Shown: positions 1-10,962, numbered from the stretch's first letter. The stretch is 64,000 nt of DNA from Candidatus Omnitrophota bacterium (GCA_043808095.1 JAZDFF010000001.1:1628-65627); one strand, 5' to 3'. The notes: a model not told the origin generated them from the letters alone. Numbers and translations: made by a program.

Positions 1-1
1 A

Positions 2-439
2 GGGGATTTTAAAGAGGCCAGAGGCCGATATGAAAAAATTATTAAAGAATTTCCTAATTGCCGATTTCAAAGCGTAGTTTATCTACGGCTGGGTGAAATA
101 GCCTTAAAAGAAGGAAGGTGGCTTGACGCCAATCGGATTTTCATGAAGATAATTAAAGATTATCGTTTAAGTTTCGAGGCCGAGCAAAGCAGATTGTTTT
201 TGGCCAGTGATAATTTTTTTACGCTGCAGGCAGGCGCATTCTTAGATGAGGCAAAGGCTAAAAACCTTTCCCTGAAATTGATAAATCAAGGGTATAAGGA
301 TGTGTATATCTCTACTCTGGAAAAAGACGGCCGGGTTTTTTATCGGGTAAGGGTCGGTAAACTGAATACCCGTAAAGACGCCCAGGATCTAAAGTACAGA
401 CTCGAGACCGCAGGCTATAAAGCAGCCATCTATCCGTAG
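2..439 (+). CDS. TPR-like / SPOR-domain protein, 5'-partial (continues upstream of window)
   Basis: Open frame with no stop from position 2; ORF 143..439 is in the same frame. The C-terminal ~75 aa (AGAFLDEAKAKNLSLKL...GYKDVYIS...FYRVRVGKL...AQDLKYRL) resemble a SPOR peptidoglycan-binding domain. Confidence 0.55.
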   Translation, partial: GDFKEARGRYEKIIKEFPNCRFQSVVYLRLGEIALKEGRWLDANRIFMKIIKDYRLSFEAEQSRLFLASDNFFTLQAGAFLDEAKAKNLSLKLINQGYKDVYISTLEKDGRVFYRVRVGKLNTRKDAQDLKYRLETAGYKAAIYP

Positions 440-681
440 CTGTATAATTCAAGAGATGTGATTACAATCTGAAAGACATAGTCAGGGTAGCGATACTCGT
501 CTAACGTTGTCGAATCTGGTATCGATACTAGATATTAGATGCCAGATACTAGATAACAAAATACTAACTTCTAAAACGAGCATCGATACGAGCATCCATA
601 CCGCAAAACTAGCCTCGAAACCGAAAGATTGCTAATATTACTTTCAATCAATACGACTAAATTGTTTTTTCAGAAAGGTTA

Positions 682-1602
682 ATGCAAAAAAAGGTCATCT
701 TTATTGTCGGACCCACCGCAGTCGGTAAGACCGAAGTCGCCAGTTTTCTATCCCGCAAAGTTAAGGTTGAGGTTATATCCTGTGACTCCATGCAGGTTTA
801 TAAGGGCATGGGCCTGATTAGCGCCGCACCGTCTAAATCCGTATTAAAGAAGCTAAAACATCATTTAGTAGGAGTACTTTCTCCGGAAAAAGAATACTCG
901 GTAGCAGATTTTATCATTAGGGCAAAAAAGATAATCGGCTCCATCCATAAAAAAGGCAAAATCCCCCTGATTGTAGGCGGTAGCGGCCTTTATATGAAGG
1001 CGCTTTTAGATGGAATATTTGAAGGGCCGCCGGCAAATGAGAAATTGCGTCGATACCTTTATGCACAGGCCAAAAAATATGGCAGTCAATACCTCCACAA
1101 AAAATTAGAACGTGTTGACCCTCAGGCCGCTTCGCGTATCCATCATTCTGATACAAAAAGGATTATCCGGGCCCTTGAGGTATTTAAACTCACCCAAGAG
1201 CCGATTTCAAGACTGCAAAAGAGAAGTCGGGGATTACTAGAAGATTACGACGTCAGGATATTCGGACTTAATCTAGGCCGCCAGAAACTTTATGAGCGCA
1301 TTGACAGCCGGGTTGATGAGATGTTTAGAAGAGGTCTGCTCAAGGAGGTCAAATCACTTTTAAAAAAGAAACTAAGCAAGACCGCCGGAAAAATTATCGG
1401 GATAAGTGAGATTAAGGGGTATCTGGATGCTAGATACGCCCTAGAAGAGGCCCTGCGCCTCGTAAAAAGAAATACCCGCCATTACGCCAAGAGACAGCTA
1501 ACTTGGTTTAGAAAAGATAAGCGGATAAAATGGATTGATGTCGAGGATAAATCCCCAGGGCAAATAGCACACATTATTTTAAACAGATTAAGAAAATATT
1601 AA
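682..1602 (+). CDS. miaA: tRNA dimethylallyltransferase
   Basis: P-loop IFIVGPTAVGKTEVA at the N-terminus; length and overall architecture are typical of MiaA. Confidence 0.9.
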   Translation: MQKKVIFIVGPTAVGKTEVASFLSRKVKVEVISCDSMQVYKGMGLISAAPSKSVLKKLKHHLVGVLSPEKEYSVADFIIRAKKIIGSIHKKGKIPLIVGGSGLYMKALLDGIFEGPPANEKLRRYLYAQAKKYGSQYLHKKLERVDPQAASRIHHSDTKRIIRALEVFKLTQEPISRLQKRSRGLLEDYDVRIFGLNLGRQKLYERIDSRVDEMFRRGLLKEVKSLLKKKLSKTAGKIIGISEIKGYLDARYALEEALRLVKRNTRHYAKRQLTWFRKDKRIKWIDVEDKSPGQIAHIILNRLRKY

Positions 1603-1699
1603 ACAAGATTTCTTAACACAGCTTTACACTGATTGCACACGAATTTACACAAATAAATTCGTGTAGATTTGTGTGAAATTAGTGTCTATTCGTGGATTT

Positions 1700-2947
1700 A
1701 TGGAACGCACCTTACTTGTAACCGTAAAATCAGACCGTGATAAAGACGCCTTTAGTCCGAAGGACCAGGAGCAGGAATTGATGGAACTGGCCAAGACCGC
1801 CGGAGCGCATGTTGAGGATTATATTATCTGCAGCCGGGACAAGTTAACATCCGGTTTATATATCGGAAGAGGCAAGGCCCAGGAGATTGCTTTACTCTGT
1901 CAGGAAAATTCCATTGATACCATAATTTTCAATAACGACCTTTCAGGAACTCAGCAGAGAAACTTAGAGGAGATTATTAATAGAAAGACCATTGACCGTA
2001 CCCAGCTTATCCTGGATATCTTTGTGCGGCATGCCCACTCGCCTGAGGCAAGCCTACAGGTAGAACTGGCGCAACTGGAATATTTATTGCCGCGCCTTAC
2101 CGGTAAAGGAATCTTTCTTTCCCGTCTGGGCGGCGGCATCGGGACCCGCGGCCCGGGTGAAACCAAATTAGAAGTGGACAGGCGCCGCATCCGCCGGCGA
2201 ATCACTAAAATAAGCCATGATTTAGAAACAGTTAGGATGCGCCGGCAGGCATTACGCAAACAGAGGAAGGAATCGTGTATTGCTAGCGTTTCTTTGGTCG
2301 GCTATACCAATGCCGGAAAGACTAGCCTTTTAAATACCCTCACCCAGGAAAACCAGTCAGTCAGAGAAAGCCTGTTTACTACCTTAGACACCTTATCGCG
2401 CAGTTTTAAGCTTCCCAACCACCAAAAGATTGTTACCTCTGATACCGTAGGTTTTCTGCAAAATCTTCCGCATCATCTTATCGAGGCCTTTAAGGCTACA
2501 TTAGACGAGGTAAAGGAGGCAGATCTTCTTATCCATGTCCTGGATGTCAGTCATCCACTGGCATATGAAAGAAGCAAGGCCGTCCTGAAGGTCTTAAAAG
2601 AACTGGGCGCAGACCAAAAACCCACAATCACGGCCTTGAATAAGATTGATAAACTTGCGGATAGAGACTGGCTGGTTCGCTATCATCATGATTTCCCTAA
2701 TGCCGTGACCATATCCGCCAAGACCAGAGAAAATCTGGATGAGCTGCTTGATAAGATTGAGGAGGAATTAAGGGATTCATTCTTAGCGGTCGAGCTAACC
2801 ATCCCTATTGAAAAGATGGCCTTGGTGGATTTAATATATCGAGAAGGTCAGGTTAAGTCCATTGAATATAGCGAAAAAGGAGTCAAGATAGAGGCAGTTC
2901 TGCCTGCTCTAACAATAAGTAAATTAAGCGCTTATATAAAAAGTTAG
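1700..2947 (+). CDS. hflX: GTPase HflX
   Basis: HflX N-domain (LQVELAQLEYLLPRL, GGGIGTRGPGETKLEVDRR) and G-domain (LVGYTNAGKTSLLN, DTVGF, NKID). Start placed at ATG 1700; the track's 1673 start is a GTG inside a repeat element. Confidence 0.85.
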   Translation: MERTLLVTVKSDRDKDAFSPKDQEQELMELAKTAGAHVEDYIICSRDKLTSGLYIGRGKAQEIALLCQENSIDTIIFNNDLSGTQQRNLEEIINRKTIDRTQLILDIFVRHAHSPEASLQVELAQLEYLLPRLTGKGIFLSRLGGGIGTRGPGETKLEVDRRRIRRRITKISHDLETVRMRRQALRKQRKESCIASVSLVGYTNAGKTSLLNTLTQENQSVRESLFTTLDTLSRSFKLPNHQKIVTSDTVGFLQNLPHHLIEAFKATLDEVKEADLLIHVLDVSHPLAYERSKAVLKVLKELGADQKPTITALNKIDKLADRDWLVRYHHDFPNAVTISAKTRENLDELLDKIEEELRDSFLAVELTIPIEKMALVDLIYREGQVKSIEYSEKGVKIEAVLPALTISKLSAYIKS

Positions 2948-2975
2948 AATACCTAATAAAAATCATTAGAATATC

Positions 2976-3004
2976 TTGACAAAATAGTTAAGTTATGTTA
3001 TACT
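2976..3004 (+). promoter_or_regulatory. sigma70-type promoter candidate (TTGACA-17 nt-TATACT) upstream of the hspR-like/heat-shock region
   Basis: Exact consensus hexamers with a 17-nt spacer were read directly from the sequence. Confidence 0.4.
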
Positions 3005-3169
3005 TCAAATGAAACCCAAACTTACGGAACACAGTGACTGTAAGTTTGCTGGCTGAATTTTGCAACACTAATTTTACTGATAGTACGAATTTCTAAAAAG
3101 ACTAGTTTTTTAAAATCAAACTCATATATTTACTCCTGCATTTTTAGTAAAATTAGTGTTGGATTCAAT

Positions 3170-3226
3170 TCGCCCCTGCTGTTTCGCTTTGTGAAGTGAA
3201 GCGAAACAAAGCGACAGGGGCTCATT
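3170..3226. promoter_or_regulatory. Long imperfect inverted repeat immediately upstream of the hspR-like gene (candidate operator or structured leader)
   Basis: gcccctgctgtttcgcttt...aagcgaaacaaagcgacaggggc gives a nested stem-loop of ~20 bp ending 14 nt before the gene start. Confidence 0.4.
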
Positions 3227-3239
3227 ACAGGTGACTAAG

Positions 3240-3503
3240 ATGCCTTTATTTGATATCCATATCAGCCCGGATGAGCCGGTATATGTAATAAGCGTGGTGA
3301 GTAAATTGGTGGATTTGCCGGCGTGGACCTTACGGCAGCTGGACAAGTGTGGAATTGTTTGTCCTAAGAGGATTGGGAAAAAGAGCAGGCTTTATTCTTT
3401 AAAGGATGTCAAAAAATTGGAGTACGTGCATTATCTTATGGAAGAAAGACGCGTAAACATTAGCGGCATCAGAATAATTTTGGAAATGGAAGTTAAGGAA
3501 TAA
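3240..3503 (+). CDS. hspR: MerR-family heat-shock regulator, HspR-like
   Basis: PVYVISVVSKLVDLPAWTLRQLDKCGIVCPKRIGKKSRLYSLKDVKKLEYV...GIRIILEME closely follows the HspR HTH consensus. The gene sits directly upstream of CIRCE-hrcA-grpE-dnaK-dnaJ. Confidence 0.7.
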   Translation: MPLFDIHISPDEPVYVISVVSKLVDLPAWTLRQLDKCGIVCPKRIGKKSRLYSLKDVKKLEYVHYLMEERRVNISGIRIILEMEVKE

Positions 3504-3520
3504 ATTTTTTTGACTTATTG

Positions 3521-3547
3521 TTAGCGCTCTCATGATGTGAGTGCTAA
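3521..3547. promoter_or_regulatory. CIRCE operator (HrcA binding site)
   Basis: TTAGCGCTC-N9-GAGTGCTAA matches the CIRCE consensus TTAGCACTC-N9-GAGTGCTAA with one mismatch. Confidence 0.8.
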
Positions 3548-3881
3548 AAAAGAGCTATTATGATTGCTCAGAAAAAAAAGAAGATTACAAAGATGGATTT
3601 TTGTTTTGCTAATCTGTGTAATCATACTGAAAAATCTGTGTAATCGTTTTAAAATGAGATTAGATAAATTGACACATTCGACTTCGCTCAGTGTCAAACC
3701 TGCCTCCCTCGGGACCGAGCCCCTCTCGGAATGGTTCCTCGGGACGAGGTCGCACCGAGTGTTTGGAAAACAGATATGCTCGGCACGAGGTGAGCATGGC
3801 CGAAAGGTTTGACAAACAAATAATTTGTGCTAAAATTATACTTCTGCGTTTTAAAGTCAAGAGTTCTACCAAGGGACAAAC

Positions 3882-4619
3882 ATGGTAAGAATAGTTGATT
3901 ATGACCAAAGAAGAAGGCTGGTCCTTGCCGCAACTATAAATAGGTATATTAAAGAGGCTAATCCTATTTCTTCTCTAGACATTGCCAAGGATTTTGACCT
4001 GAGCCCGGCTACCATAAGGAATATCTTCGCGGATTTGGAAGAAGCCGGTTACTTAACCCATCCTTATACCTCAGGAGGCAGGATTCCTACCGGTAAAGGC
4101 TACCGTTATTACGTGGATTTTCTTATTTCTCAGATGGAGCTCTTAGAAGGCGAGAAATATAAGATTCTTCGCCAATATCAGGATCAGGCTAATCAATTAG
4201 AGGAGATTCTGGATAAGACCTCGGATTTGATTGCCCAGGTTACGCATTATGCCGGCATCGCCTCATTTTTAGACAGGCAGGACAAATTTTCTTATAGAGG
4301 TATAAGTTTCGTCCTAAATCAGCCGGAGTTTCAAGATTTCCGGCGGGTACGTTTTTTAATCAACCTCATTGAAGATAAGCAACAGTTGCTTAATATCATT
4401 AACCGGGATTTTTCACAGAAGACCAGAGTTTATATCGGTCAGGAATTGGACTATCCTGAGATGGAAAGTTATTCTCTGGTGGTTTCAAGTTTTGGCTCAA
4501 AAAAAAGGCCCTTGGGAAGACTGGCGGTCTTAGGCCCGATGCGCATGGAATATAATCATATCATTCCGGCGCTGGAATATATTTCAAACGCGCTCTCGGA
4601 TGTAATCGAGGATTTTTAA
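3882..4619 (+). CDS. hrcA: Heat-inducible transcription repressor HrcA (short form, 245 aa)
   Basis: N-terminal winged helix (ISSLDIAKDFDLSPATIRNIFADLEEAGYLTHPYTSGGRIPTGKGYRYYVD) and C-terminal LGPMRMEY motif. It is about 100 aa shorter than typical HrcA. Confidence 0.85.
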   Translation: MVRIVDYDQRRRLVLAATINRYIKEANPISSLDIAKDFDLSPATIRNIFADLEEAGYLTHPYTSGGRIPTGKGYRYYVDFLISQMELLEGEKYKILRQYQDQANQLEEILDKTSDLIAQVTHYAGIASFLDRQDKFSYRGISFVLNQPEFQDFRRVRFLINLIEDKQQLLNIINRDFSQKTRVYIGQELDYPEMESYSLVVSSFGSKKRPLGRLAVLGPMRMEYNHIIPALEYISNALSDVIEDF

Positions 4620-4632
4620 CCCCCCTTTAAAT

Positions 4633-5217
4633 ATGCTTAATAATAAACCGGATTCAAAAAAAGAAGAAAAAAACACCGAGCCCCTGGCTAAAAAAGAAGA
4701 GCAGGTGGTTACACTTGGTGAGTCCGAGTACGTGAAATTAAAGGAGGAGGCGGATAAATCCAAAGAATATTGGGATAAAATCTTGAGGCTTCAGGCGGAT
4801 TTTGACAATATGCGTAAGCGCCAGGAAAAAGAAAGACAGGATTTTATCAAATTTGCCAATGAGGATATTATTCTGGAATTACTTAATGTCCTGGATGATC
4901 TTGAGCGCACGGTTTGTCTGGCGCAGTCTAAACACCAGGATTTGTCGGCATTCTTAAAAGGGGTTGAGATGATTCTGGCGCACCTTTATGACCTATTAAA
5001 AAAATACGGAGTAAAACCCATTGAGGCCGAAGGGAAAATCTTCAACCCGCATTTTCATGAGGCGCTGATGCAGGTTGAGGATAAAAATGTGCCCGAGCAT
5101 ACTATAGTCGAAGAATTACAAAAAGGTTATTTATTGAATGAGAAGGTAATCAGGTTTTCTAAGGTAAGGGTTTCGACTTTAAAGAGAACAGAAGAGAGAA
5201 AGGAAGAAAAAACATAA
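4633..5217 (+). CDS. grpE: Nucleotide exchange factor GrpE
   Basis: GrpE-like coiled-coil region plus C-terminal domain (FDNMRKRQEKE...GKIFNPHFHEALMQVE); sits between hrcA and dnaK. Confidence 0.85.
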   Translation: MLNNKPDSKKEEKNTEPLAKKEEQVVTLGESEYVKLKEEADKSKEYWDKILRLQADFDNMRKRQEKERQDFIKFANEDIILELLNVLDDLERTVCLAQSKHQDLSAFLKGVEMILAHLYDLLKKYGVKPIEAEGKIFNPHFHEALMQVEDKNVPEHTIVEELQKGYLLNEKVIRFSKVRVSTLKRTEERKEEKT

Positions 5218-5315
5218 AGGAGTATCTGGGATGTCCCTCGCCCCTTAATTTGAGCGAAGGGGGGGGCTCGGGATCAAATTCATCTAGCTTCGCTCGATAA
5301 ATTCGAGAGGTTAAA

Positions 5316-7250
5316 ATGGCAAAGATAATCGGAATTGACTTAGGAACTTCAAACTCTGCAGCTGCGGTTATGGAAGGCGGACGTCCTGTAATTATTCCGT
5401 CTGCTGAAGGAGCAGGCGTGGCTTCAGGCAAGGCATTCCCTTCATACGTGGCTTTTACCAAAGACGGCCAGCGTCTCGTAGGTGAACCGGCAAGAAGACA
5501 AGCTGCCATAAACCCTGAAGGGACGATTCAGGCAGCCAAACGCAAGATGGGCACTGACTTTAAATTTAAGCCCTTTGGTAAAGAATATACTCCGCAGCAG
5601 ATTTCTGCGTTTATCTTACAGAAGATAAAGCAGGATGCCGAAGGTTATCTTGGCGATAAGGTTGAAGAGGCGGTTATTACCTGTCCTGCTTATTTTGATG
5701 ATAATCAGAGGACGGCTACCAAAGACGCCGGAGAGATTGCCGGTTTAAAAGTTTTACGTATTATCAATGAACCCACTGCTGCCTGTCTTGCCTACGGACT
5801 TGAAAAGGCGGGTAAGGAATTAAAGATCCTGGTTTTTGATTTTGGCGGCGGTACACTCGATGTCACCATTATGGAGATGTGGAAAGAAGGCGGTTTCAAG
5901 GTTATGGCCACGAGCGGCGATACCCAGCTTGGCGGAACCGATATGGATAATACCTTAATCGATTATATTGCCAAGGAGTTTAAACGCGAGACCGGCATTG
6001 ACCTAAAGAATGACAAGATGGCCATACAGCGACTTCGCGAGGCCGCAGAAAAAGCCAAGGTTGAGCTTTCAAGCACGCTTACTACGGATATCAATCTTCC
6101 TTTTATTACCGCGGATGCCACCGGCCCCAAGCATTTGACCATGAGTATCAACCGGGCAAAGCTGGAAGAGTTAATCAGCCCGATAATCGAAAGATGTCGC
6201 GGCCCGCTTGAGCAGGCCTTAAAGGATGCCAAAGAGGCATTCAAAAAAGAAGGCGTGGATTTTTCCGATAAAGGAGTGGATAGGATTATCATGGTCGGCG
6301 GCCCCACCCGGATGCCGGTAGTACAAAAATTCGTCGAGGATTATTTTGGCAAAAAGATCGAGCGCGGAGTCGATCCCATGGAATGCGTGGCCATGGGCGC
6401 TGCAATTCAGGCCGCGATTATTAAGGGCGATGTGAAGGATGTATTATTACTGGATGTTACGCCGCTTTCTTTGGGAATCGAAACCTTAGGGAGAGTCAAT
6501 ACCAGATTAATCGACAGAAATACCACTATCCCCACGAGAAAAAGTCAGATATTTTCGACAGCAGCAGATAACCAGACTGCGGTAACAGTGCGGGTTTTAC
6601 AGGGAGAGCGCCCTATGGCAGATGACAACGTGGAGCTCGGGCGTTTTGATTTAGTCGGCATACCTGCTGCGCCGCGCGGTGTGCCCCAGGTAGAAGTTTC
6701 TTTTGATATCGATGCCAATGGTATCGTGCATGTCGCAGCCAAGGACTTAGGCACGGGCAAAGAGCAATCCATCCGTATCACCGCACCTAAGAAACTTTCA
6801 AAAGAAGAGATTGATAAGATGGTTAGAGACGCGGAAAAATTCGCCTCTGAGGATTCCAAGAAAAAAGAAGAAGTCGAGGCGATTAACCAGGCAGATAACC
6901 TTGTTTATGCCACGGAAAAATCGCTTAAGGACTTCGGAGATAAGGTCAGTCAAGGCGAGCGCGCTGACATCGAGTCAAAGCTCAATGACCTGAAGACTGC
7001 AATAAAAGATAAAAACGTCGACAGGATTAAACGCGCCTCAGAAGAATTAACTAAGGCTTCGCATAAACTGGCGGAAGAGATTTACAAACAGGCAGCAGCC
7101 AAACAAAAAGGCCAATCTCAGGGCCCGGATGCCGGGCCTGGGCAGGAAGGACCCGAAGGTGAAAAGTCCGCAAAAGGCGGATCCGCTTCCGGCGGAAGAA
7201 AAGACGAAGACATCATTGACGCGGAATATAAGGAAGAAGACGGAAAATAG
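5316..7250 (+). CDS. dnaK: Chaperone DnaK (Hsp70)
   Basis: [10 protein letters not shown] and DLGGGTFDV-type motifs; full-length Hsp70. Confidence 0.97.
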   Translation: MAKIIGIDLGTSNSAAAVMEGGRPVIIPSAEGAGVASGKAFPSYVAFTKDGQRLVGEPARRQAAINPEGTIQAAKRKMGTDFKFKPFGKEYTPQQISAFILQKIKQDAEGYLGDKVEEAVITCPAYFDDNQRTATKDAGEIAGLKVLRIINEPTAACLAYGLEKAGKELKILVFDFGGGTLDVTIMEMWKEGGFKVMATSGDTQLGGTDMDNTLIDYIAKEFKRETGIDLKNDKMAIQRLREAAEKAKVELSSTLTTDINLPFITADATGPKHLTMSINRAKLEELISPIIERCRGPLEQALKDAKEAFKKEGVDFSDKGVDRIIMVGGPTRMPVVQKFVEDYFGKKIERGVDPMECVAMGAAIQAAIIKGDVKDVLLLDVTPLSLGIETLGRVNTRLIDRNTTIPTRKSQIFSTAADNQTAVTVRVLQGERPMADDNVELGRFDLVGIPAAPRGVPQVEVSFDIDANGIVHVAAKDLGTGKEQSIRITAPKKLSKEEIDKMVRDAEKFASEDSKKKEEVEAINQADNLVYATEKSLKDFGDKVSQGERADIESKLNDLKTAIKDKNVDRIKRASEELTKASHKLAEEIYKQAAAKQKGQSQGPDAGPGQEGPEGEKSAKGGSASGGRKDEDIIDAEYKEEDGK

Positions 7251-7370
7251 CAAAATTCGAAATCCGAATATCGAATATCGAAACAATTTTCAAATGACCA
7301 AAATTCAAATGTCCAAAACAAAAAATTTTGAAATTAGAACATTAGAAGATTCGAATTTGTTTCGAATTTC

Positions 7371-7398
7371 GCCTGCCTGCCGTCAGGCAGGGTTTTCG
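7371..7398 (+). terminator. Hairpin GCCTGCCTGCCGTCAGGCAGG followed by a U-rich tract between dnaK and dnaJ (attenuator/terminator candidate)
   Basis: 8-bp GC-rich stem with a 4-nt loop, followed by GTTTTCG. The same palindromic word recurs at 10907 and 17772. Confidence 0.35.
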
Positions 7399-7418
7399 TG
7401 CTTCGGATTTAAACTACG

Positions 7419-8549
7419 ATGTCTACAAAGCGTGATTACTACGAAATATTGGGTGTAAAAAAGAGCGCCTCCTTAGAGGAGATAAAAAAGGCTTACCGGG
7501 AGATGGCCTTGCGTTATCATCCTGACCGGGTTGAGGCCTCCCAGAAAAAAGAGGCCGAGGAGAAATTTAAAGAAATATCCGAGGCCTATGCGGTTTTGTC
7601 CGATGCCCAGAAGCGTGCCCTTTATGATCAATACGGCCATGCCGGCATCGATCAAAAATACACCTACGAAGATATCTTTAAAGGTGCTGATTTTAGCTCT
7701 ATCTTTGAAGGGCTGTCGGATTTTGGTTTTGGCGGAGGGTTATTCGAAGAGATATTCGGCGATGCCGGTTTTAATATATTCGGCACAAGGAGCGGCCGGG
7801 GCGCTAGAAGGGTCACGCGCGGGAGAGATATTGAATATTCTGTGAGTATTTCTCTTGAAGACGCCTATCAGGGCAAAGAGATATCCATACAGGTCCCGCG
7901 TTATGAGATTTGTAAGGTCTGTTCAGGCCAAGGCGCAAAACCCGGAACCAAGAAGACCACCTGTCCTCAGTGTAAGGGCAGAGGCCAGGTTGTGGTCTCA
8001 AGCGGTTTCTTCCAACTTGCCCAGACTTGTCCAGGGTGCCGAGGACAGGGTTCAATAATAAGTACGCCTTGTACAAACTGCCGGGGAGAAGGCAGAATTA
8101 AGGCCGTACATAAACTCCAGGTAAAGATCCCTCCGGGAGTTGACAGCGGCTCAAGCCTGCGTTTAAAAAGAGAAGGCGAAGAGGGCATTGATGCCAAGGG
8201 CGATCTCTATGTTATCATCGATGTAAAGGAGCATCCGGTATTTGCGCGCCATCACGATGATATTTACCTTGAGGTAGACGTAGATATGGTTACTGCCTGT
8301 TTAGGAGGAGAATTAGACGTACGTACCTTAAATGGCAATGTTTTAATGAAGGTGCCGCCGGGCACACAGCCGGGAAAGATATTCCGCCTAAAAGGACGAG
8401 GCATGCCTCAATTGCACGGTTATGGCAGGGGCGATGAGCTGGTTAAAGTAAATGTAACCATACCCACGAGTTTAACGTTAGAGCAGAAAAAAGTCCTGGA
8501 AGAATTCAGCCGTGTAAGCGGAAAGAATTTTGGGAAGTTTAATAGATAA
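7419..8549 (+). CDS. dnaJ: Chaperone DnaJ
   Basis: J-domain (YYEILGV...HPD), G/F region, four CxxCxGxG zinc-finger repeats, C-terminal domain. Confidence 0.95.
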   Translation: MSTKRDYYEILGVKKSASLEEIKKAYREMALRYHPDRVEASQKKEAEEKFKEISEAYAVLSDAQKRALYDQYGHAGIDQKYTYEDIFKGADFSSIFEGLSDFGFGGGLFEEIFGDAGFNIFGTRSGRGARRVTRGRDIEYSVSISLEDAYQGKEISIQVPRYEICKVCSGQGAKPGTKKTTCPQCKGRGQVVVSSGFFQLAQTCPGCRGQGSIISTPCTNCRGEGRIKAVHKLQVKIPPGVDSGSSLRLKREGEEGIDAKGDLYVIIDVKEHPVFARHHDDIYLEVDVDMVTACLGGELDVRTLNGNVLMKVPPGTQPGKIFRLKGRGMPQLHGYGRGDELVKVNVTIPTSLTLEQKKVLEEFSRVSGKNFGKFNR

Positions 8550-8619
8550 AATTAAGTAAGAATTTTTCACTGTTAACTGTAAACTGGTTACTGTAAACTA
8601 CCGAGCGAAACGAGGTCAA

Positions 8620-8892
8620 GTGCCTACCTACGATTTTGAATGCACAAATTGTAATCATCATTTTGAGGCTTTTCAGACGATGAGTGCTAAGCCCCTGGTG
8701 AACTGTCCTAAATGCCATAAGCCAAAACTAAAGAGGCTCATCGGCACTGGTAGCGGGGTTATCTTTAAAGGTTCGGGTTTTTATCAGACTGATTATAAAA
8801 ATAAACCAGTGACAAAAGACAAACAATCGAAATCATCAAAATCTTGCTCAACCTGTTCTTCGGACAGAAGTAGTTGCTCTACTTGTAAATAA
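8620..8892 (+). CDS. FmdB-family zinc-ribbon protein
   Basis: MPTYDFECTNCNHHFE...CPKC pattern (CxxC-N-CxxC) with a Ser/Cys-rich tail. Confidence 0.6.
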   Translation: MPTYDFECTNCNHHFEAFQTMSAKPLVNCPKCHKPKLKRLIGTGSGVIFKGSGFYQTDYKNKPVTKDKQSKSSKSCSTCSSDRSSCSTCK

Positions 8893-9270
8893 ATGAAGAC
8901 CCTTTCCTTAAATTGGTTCCTAAAATATTGGCTTCCGGTAATTATCTATGCGGCTTTGATATTTTATGTCTCTTCAATCCCGCGACCAGAAATTCCCATT
9001 AAGATTATAAATATCGATAAGGTTTTGCATATTTTAGAATATCTACTCTTCGGTTTTTTAATAAAAAGGGCGCTTTCTGCCAATAGACTTTCTTTAGATT
9101 TTAAAAGACTGTCTGCTTTAACTATGCTGCTTTGTCTTTTGTATGGCCTAAGCGACGAATATCATCAATTTTTTATTCCTGGAAGACAGATGTCTGTTTT
9201 GGACGCTTATAGCGATGCCATCGGCGGATTATTGGGATCATTTTTTCATAGTCCATTGTTAACTAAATAA
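8893..9270 (+). CDS. VanZ-like family membrane protein
   Basis: Three to four TM helices; the HILEYLLFGFL and DEYHQFFIPGR motifs are typical of VanZ-like proteins. Confidence 0.55.
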   Translation: MKTLSLNWFLKYWLPVIIYAALIFYVSSIPRPEIPIKIINIDKVLHILEYLLFGFLIKRALSANRLSLDFKRLSALTMLLCLLYGLSDEYHQFFIPGRQMSVLDAYSDAIGGLLGSFFHSPLLTK

Positions 9271-9390
9271 AGGTATGATTAAAACACAGATTAGCACAGA
9301 TGTCTTCGGAAATATCTGTGCTAATCTGTTTCTTTTATCTGTGCCCATCTGTGAATATGCAATCCTTATTTATCTTACATAGCATTATAG

Positions 9391-10656
9391 ATGACCAAGA
9401 TTAGCCCTTTTAAAGCCTTGCTATATAATCAGGAGAAAGTAAACGATTTATCTAAGGTGGTCTGTCCGCCTTATGATATCATCTCCAAAACCGATCAAGA
9501 TAGGTACTATGCTAGGCACCCTTTTAATTTGATCCGTCTGATTTTAGGCAAAGATCTGCCTCAGGATAATAAAGCCGAAAATAAATACACCCGGGCAGAA
9601 AAACTCTTTAACGACTGGATAAAAGAACGCGTCTTTAAACTGGATGATAAGGAGTCCGTATATTTTTACCTCCAGCAATACCAGATAAAGGGCGAGCATA
9701 AAGAAAGGTTGGGATTTATCTCTCTAATGCGCCTTGAGGACAGAGATCATTCTACTGTTTTTGCCCACGAAAATACGCATCTGGGCCCCAAGGAAGACCG
9801 CTTCCAGCTAATAAAGAAGGTCAAGGCAAATTTAAGCCCTATATTTACTTTATTTATTGATGAAAAAAGATTGATTAACCGTATCTTTGGCGAACATTTA
9901 AAAGATACAACGCCTTTAATTTCTTTAACAGATCAAGACAGGGTTATCCATAAATTATGGAGACTTTCCGATAAGGCCTTGGTTGAGAAATTGAAAAAGA
10001 GTATGGAGGATAGACAAATATTCATTGCCGACGGTCACCATCGTTATGAAGTAGCGCTTTTATACCGTGATTATATGGCTAAAAAAAGCCGGAATTTCAA
10101 TAAAGAGGCCCGGTATAATTTTATTATGACTTATTTTGCGGATAACAATGCCAGAGATATTACCATACTTCCAATACACCGTGTAGTCAAAAGGATGCCT
10201 GAGGACATTTTAGGCCTGTCAGATTTATTTTATATCGAAAGGGCGAAAACAAAAGACGAGCTTTTTCTTTTCCTGGCTAAGGCCGGCCTTGCTGAACACG
10301 CCTTTGGATTATATCACAATAAAAAATTCTGGCTTCTTAGGCTTAGGAACGAAAGGATAGTAGATAAAATTGTCAAAGACGGTTCCTCTGATTATCATAG
10401 GCTTGATGTTGTAATCTTGCATAAATTGGTTTTGGAAAAAATTTTCGGTCTCAGAGACGAAGACGTAATTTTTGTCAAAGATGAGTATGAGGCTATTAAT
10501 ATGGTGGATGAAGGAAATGCCGAGGCGGTATTTTTGCTGAATTCTACCAAGATAAATCAAATCCGTAGTATCGCTCTTAATAACGAACGTATGCCTCCTA
10601 AGTCCACATATTTTTATCCAAAACTGTTATCGGGATCAGTAATCCACAAGTTTTGA
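9391..10656 (+). CDS. DUF1015-family protein
   Basis: N-terminus MTKISPFKALLYNQEKV...VCPPYDII matches the DUF1015 signature; ~420 aa. Confidence 0.6.
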   Translation: MTKISPFKALLYNQEKVNDLSKVVCPPYDIISKTDQDRYYARHPFNLIRLILGKDLPQDNKAENKYTRAEKLFNDWIKERVFKLDDKESVYFYLQQYQIKGEHKERLGFISLMRLEDRDHSTVFAHENTHLGPKEDRFQLIKKVKANLSPIFTLFIDEKRLINRIFGEHLKDTTPLISLTDQDRVIHKLWRLSDKALVEKLKKSMEDRQIFIADGHHRYEVALLYRDYMAKKSRNFNKEARYNFIMTYFADNNARDITILPIHRVVKRMPEDILGLSDLFYIERAKTKDELFLFLAKAGLAEHAFGLYHNKKFWLLRLRNERIVDKIVKDGSSDYHRLDVVILHKLVLEKIFGLRDEDVIFVKDEYEAINMVDEGNAEAVFLLNSTKINQIRSIALNNERMPPKSTYFYPKLLSGSVIHKF

Positions 10657-10797
10657 AGCACAGATTAACTAGTTTGAAATAAAGTAGCGAGTAATCCTTC
10701 GACATTGCTCAGGACACTTCGAAAGACACTGAGCTAAGTTGAAGTGCTAGTAGAGAGTAGAGAGAATTAAATTACAATATACAAAGCACAAATTATC

Positions 10798-10822
10798 CCC
10801 TGCAATCTGAAAGATTGCGGGG
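10798..10822 (+). terminator. Strong hairpin (CCCCGCAATC-loop-GATTGCGGGG) downstream of the DUF1015 gene
   Basis: Perfect 10-bp stem; the tract that follows is only weakly T-rich. Confidence 0.3.
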
Positions 10823-10962
10823 ATTTAATCCTGGAAATTCTACGAATTTCTCAGGACAAACAATATACAATGCCGAATACTGAAATTATGAACAAAATGT
10901 TTTGGTTATTGCCTGCCTGCCGGCAGACAGGGAAACCAGAAAAAATAAAAATCTGGTTACTG

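Noticed and set aside
3564-3933. Four overlapping 65-82-aa ORFs on both strands between hspR and hrcA
   Set aside because: The region is made of intergenic repeat words (ACATTCGACTTCG family, CACAGAT family). The ORFs overlap each other on both strands and have no RBS or recognisable product.
7129-7458. 109-aa ORF spanning the dnaK-dnaJ spacer
   Set aside because: It runs through TTCGAA-word repeats and the terminator-like hairpin and overlaps the dnaJ start. It is low-complexity with no RBS.
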